From contig JBHGNT010000006.1 of assembly GCA_043228905.1 (NCBI GenBank), positions 20,770,001 through 20,834,000 of the forward strand: DNA of 64,000 nt, read 5' to 3'. Numbering within the stretch: position 1 is the first letter of the stretch; the number at the start of each line of letters is the position of its first letter. The notes beneath the pieces are model-generated. The model did not search any database and had not been told where the DNA came from. It was given only the letters and a program-made list of their open reading frames with translations. Of this stretch, positions 60,733-64,000 are shown in pieces. Position numbers and translations under genes: made by a program. Source of the stretch: Azolla caroliniana. Taxonomy: Eukaryota; Plantae; Polypodiophyta.

Positions 60733-63340
60733 CTATCTTATTATTCTTCTTCTTGAACCCTTCGGTTCGGCGCCCCTGTAGTTCCGCCTAGCTTGGCACA
60801 CGCATGTGTAGTTACGCGACAATGTGCTTGCTAGGGCTTGGTAGTCGTCGATGAGGTCTTCTCCGAGGATTTGGATGCTGCTTTTGTCCATCTTATAAAA
60901 TTTGCGATCTTCTTTTTTCCGGTTTTCTGGCATTTCGGCTGCCTGTGCCGACCATTCCTTCCACCCTCGGGCTAGAGCCTCCTCGACCTTTTGATTAAGT
61001 TGTATTCTGTGTTTGGGAGCTGTGGTTCTGATTTGTTCTTCGCCCATTTCATACTTGGCTTAGAGGGTGTTCAAGTTGTTTTGTGCTTTCACTGCGTTTT
61101 GTTCGAACTTGGCCTTGAGGATTCACATGATGTTGTGATGTTAGCGAGTTGGGCCTCCAGCTTTTGCATATGCATGTCGTAGCGTTGGAGAAGTCAATTC
61201 GAATTATCAGCTAATTCCTACCGACAATGGTTTTCTTGTCGTTCGAGTTCCAGGGCTGTGGAGATTTTGAGCTGGTGGAGGGATTCCTCTAACGTTGCTC
61301 GTTGCGCCTCGGTTTCTTCTAACGTCTGAAGGAACCGACGTGAGCGGAGTTGGAGTTCCGAAAGTTCACTTCACAAGGAACCCATTTCTTCGGAGTGTTG
61401 GCGAGATATCCGTTACTTCGCTTCCTCTTCTTCCGCTAATTTTGCTGTTGTGAGGTCTTGCACGACTTTGAGAGCTGAGCCATCCGTTCGTTGAGAAATT
61501 GTTGGAGCTCGGGTTCTCTCTTTTGTGCTTGCTCCTTTAGCTTGTCAGCCTCGGCTTTAGCTTTTTCATATCATTCCTTAGCTTTGTCCCCAATTGCCGT
61601 TTGGGTTGCGATCTCCTCTTCGTAGATGTAGTTTGGAACTTCTGCCGTAATTGCGTCGGTGGGCTCGTTGGTTTGTGTGGACACATCCACAGGCACGGGG
61701 GGGCTAGTCGTATTTGTTTGGATGGACACATCGACGAGGTTGAACATCGAGGGTGGTCCGGTGAGGAGGTTGGGTTCACCTTTTTCATGAAGCCGTTGAA
61801 GTTCAGTTAGACAGTTCGCGGAAGCTTGCCATAACTCTATAGCCGTTTTTGCTTGTTGGCACGCATATTTGTTGCTAATTGTTGTATCTTTGGCCTCGCG
61901 ATTCGTCATTTCTAATTCTTGATAGACCTAGACTAACATTGTATTCAGATCGGGTAGCTCGATGCGTGCTTGACGTTTCTTGGTGACACACTTTCGTTTG
62001 ACTTTATGTAATTTCGGCTTGTCATCAGATTTGAGCTCATTGACCAACGCCCGCTCGACCATTTGTTGCTCAGCGTGTTGCTGAGCCATCCGAGACATGG
62101 TTGCAACCTAGAGGCGAGCCAGGAAGTCTATGAGCTCGTATGTTATGCCATGCAGCAAAATGGCGCCGAGCTCGTAAGATTCCATAGGTAAGTCCTTGTA
62201 GATCATAACTTCCTCCTCTAAGAATAGGGAATTCTACCCTTGCTCAATATTTCCGGTTAGGGCTAATGTTTTATCGGTGACAACCGTGACAGTTGCCTTA
62301 TCCGGCACTATGACTAGCTGCTGGTCTTCAGTCAAAGAGTCCTCGGTAGTCTGTTCTTCGGTATGGGGATGGTGCCGACAGTGCTTCTTGGCGGGGTTCG
62401 TCTTTAGTGTCGCGAGTACATCACGAGGCCGCTTTGTATGTGGTACCATGGACCAAATGGTATCTGCTCCGGTCTTCGGTGGGTCCACCCAATGTTCGGG
62501 GCGCAAATTGGGTGAGGCCTGTGGGGAAGATACGATTGGTGCAGGGAGTTTTGGTTTTTCGCTACCCCGGATGGTGATGTTGTTTGTGGCGTCCTAGGTT
62601 TATGTCTCGGGCCTCGGCCGTGGTGAGGTAAGGGTGTGGACAGGTGTGTCGTCTTCCCATTCCTCCTGAGCTAGGTGTACAATTCGTTGCTTTTTCACCT
62701 GGGTGGTTGGGGCGGGGAGAGAAAAGGGTCATCGAGATGTTGTCGTGATTTGGGGAGGAGAAAGCATGGCCAAGTGATGTGTTAAGGCAACCAAGAATTG
62801 TTCACCTATTTGAAAAACCAATATTGCGGTATGAATTCCTCCCCCGGTTGAGACACCCCAATCGATGGCGCCGCCTCGGTATGCCGTCGTGATGAGGCTG
62901 GCCTTTTTCTTGGGCATGTTGTATGCGTTTGCATGTATACAGATGAATTCTAGGAAGAAATGGACCAGATTACCAAAAAACTCATTAGGCACCCCATGTG
63001 TGTGATAGGCTTTTCTGGACGCCGAGTACTCCCCGAAATGTTGTTCCAAGATATGCTAAGGTGGAGCCTCTATTTTATGTTCTCCCCCTCGTTGTAGTCC
63101 CAACACTGATCGGATCTGGTTGTTGGTGATGGTGTCGGGATGCACCCTTCGTGCTACTCCATGTGCCTCCGGGTGGGGAGTAGTGTCGAGTACGTGGAGA
63201 TAACCTCCAAAACCATGTTTGGTTAACCAAGCACGAAGCTCCTTGGATACTTCGAACGGTGTCGTGAGGATTTTCGGCTATGGTGAGAAAACCCAAGCAG
63301 GATGAATAAAATGGGGATGTGCAACATTGCACATGCACTT
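60733..63340 (-). pseudogene. Degenerate long ORF (P/T-rich linker and coiled-coil C-terminus), probably transposon-associated
   Basis: Chain of minus-strand ORF fragments 63075-63338, 62729-63049, 62234-62506, 61571-61909, 60733-61047; E/K/Q/R-rich. No domain recognised with certainty. Confidence 0.4.
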
Positions 63341-64000
63341 AATAGAATTGTAAAATAGAGTAACAAATGTAAAAGGAAGGGTAGAATGTAAGGTGCTAAA
63401 AGTGCACTACAACATTTGTGAAGTATAAAGGTGATGTGTACTTAGGGGCTCATGCACATGTAGACTAAAGGGGAGTGCATGGAACTACAGTGTAATAAGT
63501 AGAGGGTGTGGTTGGTTGTTAGGAGAGGGAGTTAAGGCTCCCTCAATCTCTCCTCCTAAGATCAAGAAAAATATTCCCCATTGAAGGAAGGGGATATTTG
63601 GCCTCTCTTTTTGTAATGTGACTCACCCCTTATTACTATAAAGGGAGTGAGGGGTCACTTGGGAAGGGGTCGCCATTTTGTTGATTTGGGGTAGACCATT
63701 AGGGTATATATTTCTCATCCCTATTTCGTTTAGGGTTTCGGTTTAGGATTTTGTTTTAGGATTTTCTTCTTCTTCTTCTTCTTCCTCTATCGGGGTTTAG
63801 GGTTTCGTCTAGTGGTGCTTATGTTCGGCCTACACGACCACGGTTGTAATTGGTGTGGTGCTTTCCATAATGTAATTGTTTGATGTATCTTGTCTTGTTT
63901 AGATCTTATTCTCTCTTACCTTAATCTCTCGAATCTTAATCTTTCTCTTCCTTCTCAGTTGAACTCCCAATATTCTCTCCCTTGTCCTACTCCCTAGTCC

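Noticed and set aside
63725-63810. Interstitial telomere
   Set aside because: Only isolated TTTAGGG units, not a tandem array.

Overview
Eukaryotic, most likely non-seed land-plant (bryophyte/lycophyte-like) nuclear DNA; the taxon is inferred from the transposon clades present. The first ~9.6 kb is AT-rich and holds one intact five-exon GDSL esterase/lipase gene on the minus strand (3063-6681, 373 aa). From 9651 to ~60700 lies a stack of at least eight nested Ty3/Gypsy LTR retrotransposons. These are a truncated Tcn1-like chromovirus (E1), a Reina-like chromovirus (E6, tRNA-iMet PBS, 5-bp TSD), and six members of a tRNA-Trp-primed, 4-bp-TSD, chromodomain-less group with an FLDD RT motif and a DHG protease motif (E2 non-autonomous; E3 intact and very young; E4, E5, E7, E8 degenerate). 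Boundaries, TSDs, PBSs and PPTs were read directly from the sequence. The most interesting signals are four. (1) Three different LTR families carry a tRNA-like Pol III A/B-box module in U3, always antisense to the element. (2) A conserved -1 frameshift signal (G GAU UUU, 6-nt spacer, covarying H-type pseudoknot) lies between gag-protease and RT. (3) All five resolvable 4-bp TSDs are centred on CpG. (4) A covarying hairpin with a CCGG palindromic loop sits just upstream of every PPT of this group. Clade names and novelty are inferences; no database search was possible.
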